From a virus (Duplodnaviria > Heunggongvirae > Uroviricota > Caudoviricetes), in the IMG/VR virus record IMGVR_UViG_2778261175_000003: a stretch of DNA of 37,236 nucleotides; one strand, 5' to 3'. Position numbers and translations under genes: made by a program. This document shows, in pieces, positions 27,085 to 35,177 of this stretch (position 1 is the first letter of the stretch; each line of letters starts with the position of its first letter). Under the pieces are notes generated by a model, which saw only the letters and a program-made list of their open reading frames with translations, searched no databases and was not told where the DNA came from.

Positions 27085-27125
27085 TGCTTCGTCGGGGCAT
27101 AAAAAATTTATGCCCCGACGAAGCA
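27085..27125. terminator. Perfect palindrome with 19-bp arms (TGCTTCGTCGGGGCATAAA / TTTATGCCCCGACGAAGCA) just downstream of Q
   Basis: Read directly; likely bidirectional terminator or structural element at the Q/cos boundary. Confidence 0.5.
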
Positions 27126-27506
27126 GCTCCGGTGTGTCACGCACCGGGCATCTCAGGGATCTACCAGGTCTGAATAACCTGTCAGCACACGCGCACCAAA
27201 GCGCATTACAGGGCATGTTATGTGTCAGCCCATATTTCATGCACAACCAATAAAACATCGCGTCAGGGGCGCAATCAGCCACATTTCTGGCGATTTCTGA
27301 GGATGCTTTCAGACCCCAAATTGCGGGCTGTTCCCCCGGCACCTGCGCGCAACAAAAACGCGTTTTTTTGTGCGCGCACGGATCCTTGACGGATCCAGCC
27401 GCCACGCGGGCCGGAAGGGCAAAAAGTCGTTCAAAAAAATTGTGCAAATTTGTGCACTATTGTGCAGCAGGGCGATGTGTGATTATCGCCCTGGTTTGTC
27501 GTGGAT
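27126..27506. other. Putative cos / packaging region (by synteny only)
   Basis: In P2 cos lies beside Q. Contains a second near-palindrome (27345-27377). The P2 cos sequence itself was not recognised. Confidence 0.25.
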
Positions 27507-28124
27507 CTAATTATCTTCTGTCTCCTGCCACGAGACTTTTCCGCCAGCCTTTATGATGGCTCGTTCAACATCTCTTTCGTACCGCAAAGGCTGGAATACT
27601 CCGTTAATGAAATACTCCTTTGGGTTCGGGATCTGCACTGTAAATGTGCCACGCTCTGATGTTGGGCGACGCACCTCTTTCTCAAAAGAAAGCGAGTTGT
27701 TATGCATTAACGCAGCATACTTTAGTGCATCCTGTGCTTTCTGAAATTTCAGTGCGTAGTCAGTAGCGATCTCTTCCAGTGCTGCGATGCGCTTACTTCC
27801 ATCCGCGATAACACCTTCGAAATACTCACGCTGCTCGTTGAGTTTTAATTTTACCGACTCCAGTTGTTTTGTTAGTTCTGCAATACGGCAAACATCGTTG
27901 ATACGCGTTTCTTCTAATGCGTTGCTCTCATCCAGTAGCGTCAGCACGGTTTCTGGTCCGGCCAGAAATTTGAAGGCGTTGAGCGCATCAATATCAACAC
28001 CGCTATCTTTAAGTTCCTGTTCGCTTATCAGATCATCATCAACTGGCAACATTAACAGGCGGTCCATTGCCGGAATTGCACGCTCTGCCGCCTCACGCAG
28101 TGCCTGATAGTCAATCTTGCTCAT
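27507..28124 (-). CDS. Coiled-coil protein of unknown function, possibly Ead/Ea22-like
   Basis: N-terminus MSKIDYQALREAAERA resembles the conserved N-terminus I recall for Ead/Ea22-like prophage proteins; ATGA-coupled to the upstream gene. Confidence 0.4.
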   Translation of the reverse strand: MSKIDYQALREAAERAIPAMDRLLMLPVDDDLISEQELKDSGVDIDALNAFKFLAGPETVLTLLDESNALEETRINDVCRIAELTKQLESVKLKLNEQREYFEGVIADGSKRIAALEEIATDYALKFQKAQDALKYAALMHNNSLSFEKEVRRPTSERGTFTVQIPNPKEYFINGVFQPLRYERDVERAIIKAGGKVSWQETEDN

Positions 28125-28711
28125 GGGATAACTCCTTTGTGTTGCGTCAGCTCTTCCTGCGCCTGCATCATGCGATTGACCAGAACGTGCGTGCGTCGAA
28201 CGGAAAAAACAAACAGATTCAAAAGGCGGCGCATCTCTTTGTCCTCATGTCGCGCATGACGGAGAAAGGCAAGTCGGTAGAACTCGGATTCGGCAGCGCG
28301 TTGAATCAACGACAGATCAAAGTGAAGTGCTGGTCTGGTGCATTTTGCGCATCTGGCGGCAAGCTCTGGCATCAATCTCTTAACGAAGGTGTTTTGTACT
28401 GCTTTGTTGAGTTGTGTCTGCATCCAAATCGCAAATTTCAGCGAACGCATGAGCCGGATCGCGTCGGGCAACGGCAGATAGATCATGCTGGCGGTTTTGG
28501 GTAGCGGATGAATCATTTTCACGGAGACGCGATCGCGCAGTGTTCGAAAAATCGTGTTCCCGACAACAGACTCCACGGAGACAGGGCAGGGGGCCAGACC
28601 AACCCGCAACGCGTTCGTCATGAACAGATATTCATCTTTTTTCATCGTGTTTTCCTTAGTGCGGGGGCGACAGTGCGCCCCGATAAAATTAAAAGCCGTC
28701 AAATTCGTCAT
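28121..28711 (-). CDS. Hypothetical protein (174-196 aa depending on start)
   Basis: ORF track; alternative start at MKKDEYLF (28645) with AAGGAAA RBS; no family recognised. Confidence 0.4.
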   Translation of the reverse strand: MTNLTAFNFIGAHCRPRTKENTMKKDEYLFMTNALRVGLAPCPVSVESVVGNTIFRTLRDRVSVKMIHPLPKTASMIYLPLPDAIRLMRSLKFAIWMQTQLNKAVQNTFVKRLMPELAARCAKCTRPALHFDLSLIQRAAESEFYRLAFLRHARHEDKEMRRLLNLFVFSVRRTHVLVNRMMQAQEELTQHKGVIP

Positions 28712-29044
28712 TCATCTTCCTGCTCCCTGCGTTCCTTGTTCTTCTCGGATAACGCTGTTGCACACTTCCACACACTCGTCGCAGATGAAAACGTCGTCCC
28801 CGGAAAATAACTTTTTGACGGCGTGCTGTGGTTTCTTGCAGAAGCTGCAATAAAGCGTTCGCCTGACAGATACGGACGATGTGTAGGATGCCAGCCTCGT
28901 GATGTCGTCCTTGCGACGCAACATCACACGGCAGCACTCAACCAGTTTTTCCGGGGGGATTTCTTCCTCTGTGGCGAGCGCCTCCAGTCGTTCTATCAGA
29001 TGGAGTGCTTTTTCCGGGGGCATTGCAGAATATGCTGTGGTCAT
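28712..29044 (-). CDS. Small protein with C-terminal ClpX-type C4 zinc-binding domain (110 aa)
   Basis: C-terminus [39 protein letters not shown] closely matches the ClpX N-terminal zinc-binding domain ([39 protein letters not shown], from memory). No AAA+ module follows. Confidence 0.7.
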   Translation of the reverse strand: MTTAYSAMPPEKALHLIERLEALATEEEIPPEKLVECCRVMLRRKDDITRLASYTSSVSVRRTLYCSFCKKPQHAVKKLFSGDDVFICDECVEVCNSVIREEQGTQGAGR

Positions 29045-29056
29045 CTTCTTTCTCCT

Positions 29057-29257
29057 TCAAAGTTCAGTGTGTTGACAGAGCTGCCCTTTGCGACAGACCA
29101 GTACGCTCCCTTTGCTTGAGTCGGTGATTGTCACCGTGCCGTCATCGCACTGGACAGCGATGACTGTGTTGCTCTTTTCCGTTGTGCAGTTCGGTGTGGC
29201 CGAGTGCGCCAACGGAACGAAAAACAGCGAAAAAAGTAATGTCAGTCTTTTCGTCAT
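29057..29257 (-). CDS. Small secreted protein (66 aa) with signal peptide and four Cys
   Basis: Start at MTKRLTLLFSLFFVPLAHSA with AGGAGG RBS; mature part about 45 aa. Confidence 0.5.
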   Translation of the reverse strand: MTKRLTLLFSLFFVPLAHSATPNCTTEKSNTVIAVQCDDGTVTITDSSKGSVLVCRKGQLCQHTEL

Positions 29258-29332
29258 GGCTACCTCCTGCTTCCTGTTTCTGAGGCATGGCGCACCAGAT
29301 AAAAACTGTCCGCCATGCCTTATCACGTTGCC

Positions 29333-29644
29333 TTATTCTGGGAATAACGCCCTGATGTTTGCGGCCATCTGGCTGGTTGTCTGAGCCTCTGGCGCAGCCT
29401 GTGTTTTGGTTTTTTCTGCACTGACCTGTGTCACGGGTAATGGCTCATCGTCAGCCCATGCAGCCAGCCGGTAAGCCTCTGCCGGATTCTTCTTCAGAAG
29501 CGCCAGTCCGGCCAGAAAAGCCACACGCTGGCCGCTTTTGCGGGCTTCTGGTGTAAGGCTGTCCAGCCAGGCACATGCTTCGCTTTCGTTCTTGACTGCC
29601 GCAGGCTTCAGATAGAAACTTATCCGTCTGGTTGATGTCGTCAT
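29333..29644 (-). CDS. parR: ParR/StbB-like partition adaptor
   Basis: Pattern RRISFYLKP....LDSL.PE.R...RVAFLAGLAL parallels R1 ParR (RRTIAFKLNP....LDSIPQGERSRLNRAALTAGLAL); sits directly downstream of the parM-like gene. Confidence 0.7.
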   Translation of the reverse strand: MTTSTRRISFYLKPAAVKNESEACAWLDSLTPEARKSGQRVAFLAGLALLKKNPAEAYRLAAWADDEPLPVTQVSAEKTKTQAAPEAQTTSQMAANIRALFPE

Positions 29645-29647
29645 GAT

Positions 29648-30607
29648 CTATTCCCTGTTCATGGCGTGGAGACCATTAACCAGAGCAAACTGTGGCACCC
29701 CGTCCGCGATAAAAGTCGCATTAACTCCGCAGGCTTCGCGGACAGCGGGTGCCACAATCTCCGCCCCTCCACCGACAACCATCACCCGCCCGTAACCCGA
29801 AAAGCTCGCCAGCGCGCGGAGTACACGTTGTTTCAGTGTTTCTTCCTTTTCACGAATAACCGCCATCAGGCTGTTGTAATGTGCGTCATTGTGGATGTGC
29901 TGGCGCAGCCAGGCTTCATCATGGCGATGTTCGATAATGGTATTGGCGATGTGGTGACTGGTGCGCATACCGTTAGTGGCCATCACCGACAGTACGGCAT
30001 CGGCCATCAGAGAAACGCCTACGTGTGGATCGCAAAACACCTGGCTGATACCTGCCAGTTGTCCCTGAACCTTTGCCACATCCAGCGTGGTTCCGCCTAA
30101 ATCCACAATCAGCAGGGATTCAAACGGACTCATGTCAGCCAGCGCCTTAAAGCCAGCCGGAATGGATTCAGGCATAACCCGCACGTTACGGATAGTGAAT
30201 GCTTCGCCGTTCTGGTACTCCACCGGGCGCATAACGTTCGCTTTTTTGCGGTTGATGTTGGTCATATCCGGCTGGGCGTTTGTATCGAAATACTCGCTCA
30301 GTGGCAGGGTGACAACCACATCCACCTCCTGTGGTGTGATGCCTGATTTGACCAGCGCGTGATGAATGGCAATGACATTCACATCGCTGTACTGGTATTG
30401 CGTGTCGGTCGTCTGGACAAAGCGATCGCTGACCGGATCAAAACCATAGCGCACGCCATCAAGCATGTAGTTCGCGGGCTGCGTGCCACCGAACGGTGCA
30501 GACCATTCCGACTTGAAGCTGTTCGGGCTGATGGCGTTGCGGCGTTCGCCGTTCTCAGTCCAGGCCAGCTTGATGTTGGTGGAGCCGTCGTCGATACAAA
30601 TTTTCAT
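29648..30607 (-). CDS. parM: ParM/StbA-like actin-family segregation ATPase
   Basis: N-terminus MKICIDDGSTNIKLAW and internal motifs (YSDVNVIAIHHAL, MPESIPAG, LIVDLGGTTLD, MVVGGGAE) match plasmid R1 ParM as recalled. Confidence 0.85.
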   Translation of the reverse strand: MKICIDDGSTNIKLAWTENGERRNAISPNSFKSEWSAPFGGTQPANYMLDGVRYGFDPVSDRFVQTTDTQYQYSDVNVIAIHHALVKSGITPQEVDVVVTLPLSEYFDTNAQPDMTNINRKKANVMRPVEYQNGEAFTIRNVRVMPESIPAGFKALADMSPFESLLIVDLGGTTLDVAKVQGQLAGISQVFCDPHVGVSLMADAVLSVMATNGMRTSHHIANTIIEHRHDEAWLRQHIHNDAHYNSLMAVIREKEETLKQRVLRALASFSGYGRVMVVGGGAEIVAPAVREACGVNATFIADGVPQFALVNGLHAMNRE

Positions 30608-30643
30608 GTCGATTTTCCTTATATTGATGAATTAATCGTTTAT

Positions 30644-30747
30644 GGGATTTTTAAATCCTGTTTTTGCCTGTTTTATGCGCGCTTTATATTTCGCGGCGCG
30701 TTTTTTGCTCATTTACGGGATTTGTGAATCCCGTTTCTGTCTGTTTT
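30644..30747. repeat. Two 31-bp imperfect direct repeats, each with an internal inverted repeat (GGGATTT-N3-AAATCC..GTTT.TG.CTGTTTT), upstream of parM and overlapping the 3' end of A
   Basis: Copies at about 30644-30674 and 30717-30747, separated by an AT-rich spacer; candidate parC-like centromere/operator or part of the replication origin. Confidence 0.45.
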
Positions 30748-33524
30748 TTGTTTCCACTGGTCAGGCCACCCCGCAGCAGGTCTGCTTTGCGGCGGGCGCG
30801 TTCAGTGGTTTCACTGATTCTCTGTGCGTGCTCCGCGTCACGGATGGCGCGCAGCATGTCAGAAAGCACGGTAACGGGGGTTTTCATGGTGTTCTGGTCC
30901 TGCTGAAGTGTGGATGCCAGGCGTGCGGCGGCTTCGGGGTCTGATGCCCCCAGCTGTTCCAGATAGCTGGCGACCGGGTTATGGCGGATCTCCGTGCTAC
31001 TTACGCCGTGATTACGGCTCAGGCGCTGCCAGAGCTGCGTGATTCGGCTGTCCGGGCGGGTATCCGGTTTGCGTACAATTTCAAATCCCTGCGGTGCAAT
31101 GATGCTGCCGTCAACGTACAGACTGCCGCCCCGTAACAGGTGCTGCATCTGTTGTTCACCGATATGCAGGCCGAGAGATTCAGCAGACTCACGCCATTCT
31201 TTAGCGAGTAATTCGTGGTTATCAGGCAAAGGCCGCTGCTGTTTGCAGCTCTGTGTCCAGCTCTGCATTTCATCACTGCTGTTTTTTGCCTGTTTGTCAC
31301 GAAGCGAACGCATCAGCGCCCGGCGTTCGTGCCGTTTCAGTGAGCGTATCCATTCGTTCACTTCAACGCCGTCAGGGAGCTGCGGCCACGGTGCTGACCG
31401 TTCTTCCGGCTGTTCTGTCCCGTTGTTGTCCGTTTCCTGTACACGGGGACAGTTATTGCCACGAGTCCAAGGGGCGGCAGGGCCGCCCTGAAGGTCAAAA
31501 CCATTTTCGCGGGCGCTGTCTTCCGCTTCCGGTTTGCGTCTTACCAGCTTCCAGCTATCCGGATGCGTGCACACACGGGAGGATTCCCCGATGAGTGGTG
31601 ACCAGATCCCGTAAATCTGTACGCTCTGTTCGCCGTAATCGTTCAGCTCATCTGCGAGGTTGTAGGCGGTGCGAATCAGGTAGTCTTTGCGTGGAACAAG
31701 TACGCCACCCTGTTTCTCAATGTAGGTGGCAAAACACCCGGCATCAGCGGCAGCGAGTACCGCATCCATTGCGTCATTTTCCAGACGTTGTGGACCTTCC
31801 GGGTTGCGGGCCATCTGACTGGCAAGGCGGCGGAGTTCACGCCATACCTGACGGGAGGGGATACCAAAGAACTGGAACTGGCGGACGCGGTGAAGACGCG
31901 CCCAGCCGATGGCGCGTTCCACGCTCTCGGCCATTGATTTTCCGGTTTCGTGGTCCACGCGTGGCTTGCCCGTTTTCGGGTCGATGCCATCCACGGCGCG
32001 GCTGTCCAGGTTCTTTCCGATGTAGGTGGCGATGTAGCTGGTTGGCGTGCCTTTTGAGCCGTCGACGTACTCCGCCTTAAAACGCGGAGTTATGTCATCG
32101 CCCAGCTCGTGGCGGTCTTCCAGAATGGCAATATCGCAGACGTGGGACACGATGGTTTCAATCTCGTCAGGATGAGCAAAAACCATCATGTGCCAGTGCA
32201 CCGTGCCGTCATGATGAGGCTCCACCGTGCGGATGCCATACCAGCGCAGGCCGTCGCGGTTCAGTTTTTTGCGGACCGCCGCAAAAAACGTGTTAACCAG
32301 GTAATCGCTGGAGTCGCGCATAGTGGCCCCGTTCCATTTGGGATTCGGATGACCGTTCTCCGTTGTTGCGTGGTATTTTGACGGGCAGGTGACAGTCAGA
32401 AACACCGCTCTGTCGCCACGGGCTTCGGCCAGAAGTTCCAGCCCCTTCATGGTGGCCATCATTTCTGCCTTACGGTGAACCGGGTTACTTACTCCCGCGT
32501 AATACACTGTCTCGAGATCAATCGTGAACCCGTCTTCATTTTCCAGCATGAAACTTTTCAGGAAATCGCGTGTTTTCTCGCGCTGTGCGCGAAACTCGCT
32601 TAACGCGTCCTGGCTCAGATAGGGTGATGTTTTTCTGGAAACCAGACAGGCGGCGCGGAGTTGTTCTTCTCTCCACTCGCAACGTAACAGCCACAGTTTG
32701 CGTTTCCACCATTCCGCACAGGTCAGGCGAAGGATTGCGCCCGGCAGCAGCTCCGTGTCCGGTTCGTTCCTCCGGTCTTTGTCTGTTGTCAGTGCGTCAT
32801 AATGTGGAGGCGTGGCGTGCAGGTGTAACGCCATGCGGGCCAGCATCTGATACGCCTTCAGCGTTACATCCATGGTCAGTTCGCCATCAGTCGCGCCAAA
32901 GCCATCGCAGAGTTTTTCGAAGGTGCTGCTGAACATCGCCGCCGTCATGGTGGCCAGCGTCTGTATCTGGTGTTTGTTGAGCTGCGGCAGGTAAAGCAAA
33001 TCGTCCAGGCGTTCGCGTCCGGCAAGGGAGCGATAACCCGGTGTCAGCCAGCGGTGATCGGTGCGGTCCAGACGTTCGAATATTTTGCGCAGGGTTCCGC
33101 GCGCGTAGCGTTCAGCCTGCCAGCTCTTTTTGCCTTTCTGGCGATCGGCTTCCTGTTTTTTGCGCAGGAAAGAGAGGTGGCGGCTCAGTGGTTCACGCAG
33201 ATAAACAGGTAGTGCCTTTAGTATGGCAAAGGCACGGGCTACCGGGTCTTGTTCTGTTGCCCGGCGCTTACTGATGATGCTCTGTGCCAGCTTTTCACGC
33301 TGTCCGGCTTCCTCAAGGGATGCCATGAGTTTTTTACCCATGGCAGATTGTGCGAAAAAGGCTTCTTCCTTCGCTTCCTGTTCTTCCTGTGCCCTTTTGT
33401 CCGCCTCAAGGTAGTAACGGATGGCGCGTTGCAGGTCGGTTTCAGTTTCCTGCCTGCGCTCCGTAAATCTGGCCGGATCAATGGCTGGTCGTGGTTCATT
33501 CCAGCTCCATGCAAACTCACTCAT
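30684..33524 (-). CDS. A: Replication initiation endonuclease A (rolling-circle, HUH-type)
   Basis: Very long ORF with HUH motif (TVHWHMMVFAHP) and tyrosine pair (YIATYIGKN). Start at MSEFAWSW (ATGA overlap with the upstream gene). Longer than P2 A as I recall it. Confidence 0.8.
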   Translation of the reverse strand: MSEFAWSWNEPRPAIDPARFTERRQETETDLQRAIRYYLEADKRAQEEQEAKEEAFFAQSAMGKKLMASLEEAGQREKLAQSIISKRRATEQDPVARAFAILKALPVYLREPLSRHLSFLRKKQEADRQKGKKSWQAERYARGTLRKIFERLDRTDHRWLTPGYRSLAGRERLDDLLYLPQLNKHQIQTLATMTAAMFSSTFEKLCDGFGATDGELTMDVTLKAYQMLARMALHLHATPPHYDALTTDKDRRNEPDTELLPGAILRLTCAEWWKRKLWLLRCEWREEQLRAACLVSRKTSPYLSQDALSEFRAQREKTRDFLKSFMLENEDGFTIDLETVYYAGVSNPVHRKAEMMATMKGLELLAEARGDRAVFLTVTCPSKYHATTENGHPNPKWNGATMRDSSDYLVNTFFAAVRKKLNRDGLRWYGIRTVEPHHDGTVHWHMMVFAHPDEIETIVSHVCDIAILEDRHELGDDITPRFKAEYVDGSKGTPTSYIATYIGKNLDSRAVDGIDPKTGKPRVDHETGKSMAESVERAIGWARLHRVRQFQFFGIPSRQVWRELRRLASQMARNPEGPQRLENDAMDAVLAAADAGCFATYIEKQGGVLVPRKDYLIRTAYNLADELNDYGEQSVQIYGIWSPLIGESSRVCTHPDSWKLVRRKPEAEDSARENGFDLQGGPAAPWTRGNNCPRVQETDNNGTEQPEERSAPWPQLPDGVEVNEWIRSLKRHERRALMRSLRDKQAKNSSDEMQSWTQSCKQQRPLPDNHELLAKEWRESAESLGLHIGEQQMQHLLRGGSLYVDGSIIAPQGFEIVRKPDTRPDSRITQLWQRLSRNHGVSSTEIRHNPVASYLEQLGASDPEAAARLASTLQQDQNTMKTPVTVLSDMLRAIRDAEHAQRISETTERARRKADLLRGGLTSGNKKQTETGFTNPVNEQKTRREI

Positions 33525-33910
33525 GGCTGGTATCCCGTCACGCGCTGCCACTCCTGCAAGAAGATGGTGGAAAGGCGGTTAAATTCAGCGGTGTATTCAC
33601 TCAGCGAGACACACCCGCCAGCAGTGCGATGCGCCAGCATTGCCGCAAATACGGAGGCCGGGGAGTCGTAATACGCCAGCAGTGATTCGCCGTGCGGTGT
33701 CAGGCAGTGCAACGCCAGTCCGTGTGGTGTGAAGTCCACGCGGTAGCAGTCGTCTACTGTGAAATAAAGGGTATCCACATTCTCCGGTTTTGTGGTGCGT
33801 GCTCTGTTGTCACGACCACGAATGTAGAGATCAAATAATCCCCGAAGAATGGGAGCCAGACGGGTGTCCTGTGTGCGCACCCATCTTGTGAAGTCATGAG
33901 CGTCAATCAT
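33521..33910 (-). CDS. Hypothetical early-region protein (129 aa)
   Basis: ORF track; translationally coupled to A; no family recognised. Confidence 0.45.
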   Translation of the reverse strand: MIDAHDFTRWVRTQDTRLAPILRGLFDLYIRGRDNRARTTKPENVDTLYFTVDDCYRVDFTPHGLALHCLTPHGESLLAYYDSPASVFAAMLAHRTAGGCVSLSEYTAEFNRLSTIFLQEWQRVTGYQP

Positions 33911-34000
33911 GCTGCAATTCTCTCTACTAAGGATGTGCGAAGGCTTCCTGCCAAAAAACTCAGAAGCGGTCGGTTACAGAAATTGGCGTTCTACGAGTAG

Positions 34001-34237
34001 TTATTGCTGGCTTGAGGTTCGTTTCTGTTTAATTCCGTGCATGCTGTAGAAGAAATCAAAAGTGTTATCTATGCGTATCATGAGCTCACGCTGCATCGCT
34101 TCTGGTGTTTCTGGTTCACCTGGTGAGCCAACTCCCGCGAAGAAATCACCGATCTCGCTTTGAATAAGTGCCTTTAGCGTTGCTGAGGAATTCAGGTGTG
34201 TGCGGTGATGTCTGCGAGTGATTCTTCTCCTGCTCAT
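34001..34237 (-). CDS. Hypothetical early-region protein (78 aa)
   Basis: ORF track; ATGA-coupled to the upstream gene. Confidence 0.4.
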   Translation of the reverse strand: MSRRRITRRHHRTHLNSSATLKALIQSEIGDFFAGVGSPGEPETPEAMQRELMIRIDNTFDFFYSMHGIKQKRTSSQQ

Positions 34238-34437
34238 TTGCGTGGATCCTGTACCTGTCGGATAAGATTCACCCGCGCCACATTAGTGGCGCAGAAGTAA
34301 GTACCGTCAGTGAGATAGATGTGGTGTGCATCCTTTTCTGAGCGGTGTTTGTCGATTGTGGTAATCAGGCGTTCGTCGACTTCGTATTCACGTCCTCTGG
34401 AAGTGAAACGAACGACAGGAAAATGCTTAATTGCCAT
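34234..34437 (-). CDS. Hypothetical early-region protein (67 aa)
   Basis: ORF track; no family recognised. Confidence 0.4.
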   Translation of the reverse strand: MAIKHFPVVRFTSRGREYEVDERLITTIDKHRSEKDAHHIYLTDGTYFCATNVARVNLIRQVQDPRK

Positions 34438-34524
34438 TACGCCTCCTGGGCGTGTGCGAATACCTCCGCGAATGCGGATTGTTTTTACATTTTCTTATTT
34501 AACCAAGGGTTTTTATTTGCGCTG

Positions 34525-34638
34525 TTATTCGCCAGTGAAAATACGTTCAATCTTTTTTACTGAATGAATAATTTGCATAATCCCAATGGCGCAGACCACC
34601 GAAATAATCAGGACAAGCCATGAGATAAATATACTCAT
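34525..34638 (-). CDS. Small hydrophobic peptide (37 aa, MSIFISWLVLIISVVCAIGIMQIIHSVKKIERIFTGE)
   Basis: Hand translation; start overlaps the stop of the upstream gene (ATGA), suggesting translational coupling; one predicted TM helix. Below the ORF-track size cutoff. Confidence 0.35.
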   Translation of the reverse strand: MSIFISWLVLIISVVCAIGIMQIIHSVKKIERIFTGE

Positions 34639-34877
34639 GCAATATTCCCCAGCTTATACGGTTCAATATGCTCCCCGCATTCTGCGGCACAGATCAGCTC
34701 AGAAAGTTCGTTAAGTGCATCCAGATCATCAGCGTAAAAAGCCACGTCATACAGACTCCGGATTGCCCTGGTCAATGAGTCACGGGCTGCACGTTCAGCA
34801 TGAGCACCTGATGCACTTAAGCGAAAATAAAAACGCTCAAGTGCTTTGTTAATGAGAGTTTTATATTCTTTGCCCAT
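34635..34877 (-). CDS. Hypothetical early-region protein (80 aa)
   Basis: ORF track; no family recognised. Confidence 0.4.
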   Translation of the reverse strand: MGKEYKTLINKALERFYFRLSASGAHAERAARDSLTRAIRSLYDVAFYADDLDALNELSELICAAECGEHIEPYKLGNIA

Positions 34878-34888
34878 CGCAACGCCCT

Positions 34889-35167
34889 TTAATCTGCTTT
34901 CTGAATTTCAGCTTCTGAATCCATACAAATAATTTCGATATAGGGTTCATCGCCATTAATCTTACGTGCTTTTTCAGCTTCGCTAATGATTCCGTGTACA
35001 GTCTGGTACGGAAGTTCTACGGTCAGGCGCGTGCCGTTCAGATAAACGTAAGTAGCTGCATTTTTTTCTGATGGGACAACTCCATCAATAGCTGATGCGC
35101 GCAATAACAGTTCACCGCGAAAATCAATAAAACGGATAAATACACCTTGTGCATGCTCTTTGGTCAT
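34889..35167 (-). CDS. Hypothetical early-region protein (92 aa from MTKEHAQG)
   Basis: ORF track with start moved to M34 to avoid overlap with the upstream gene. Confidence 0.4.
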   Translation of the reverse strand: MTKEHAQGVFIRFIDFRGELLLRASAIDGVVPSEKNAATYVYLNGTRLTVELPYQTVHGIISEAEKARKINGDEPYIEIICMDSEAEIQKAD

Positions 35168-35177
35168 AACGCACCTG

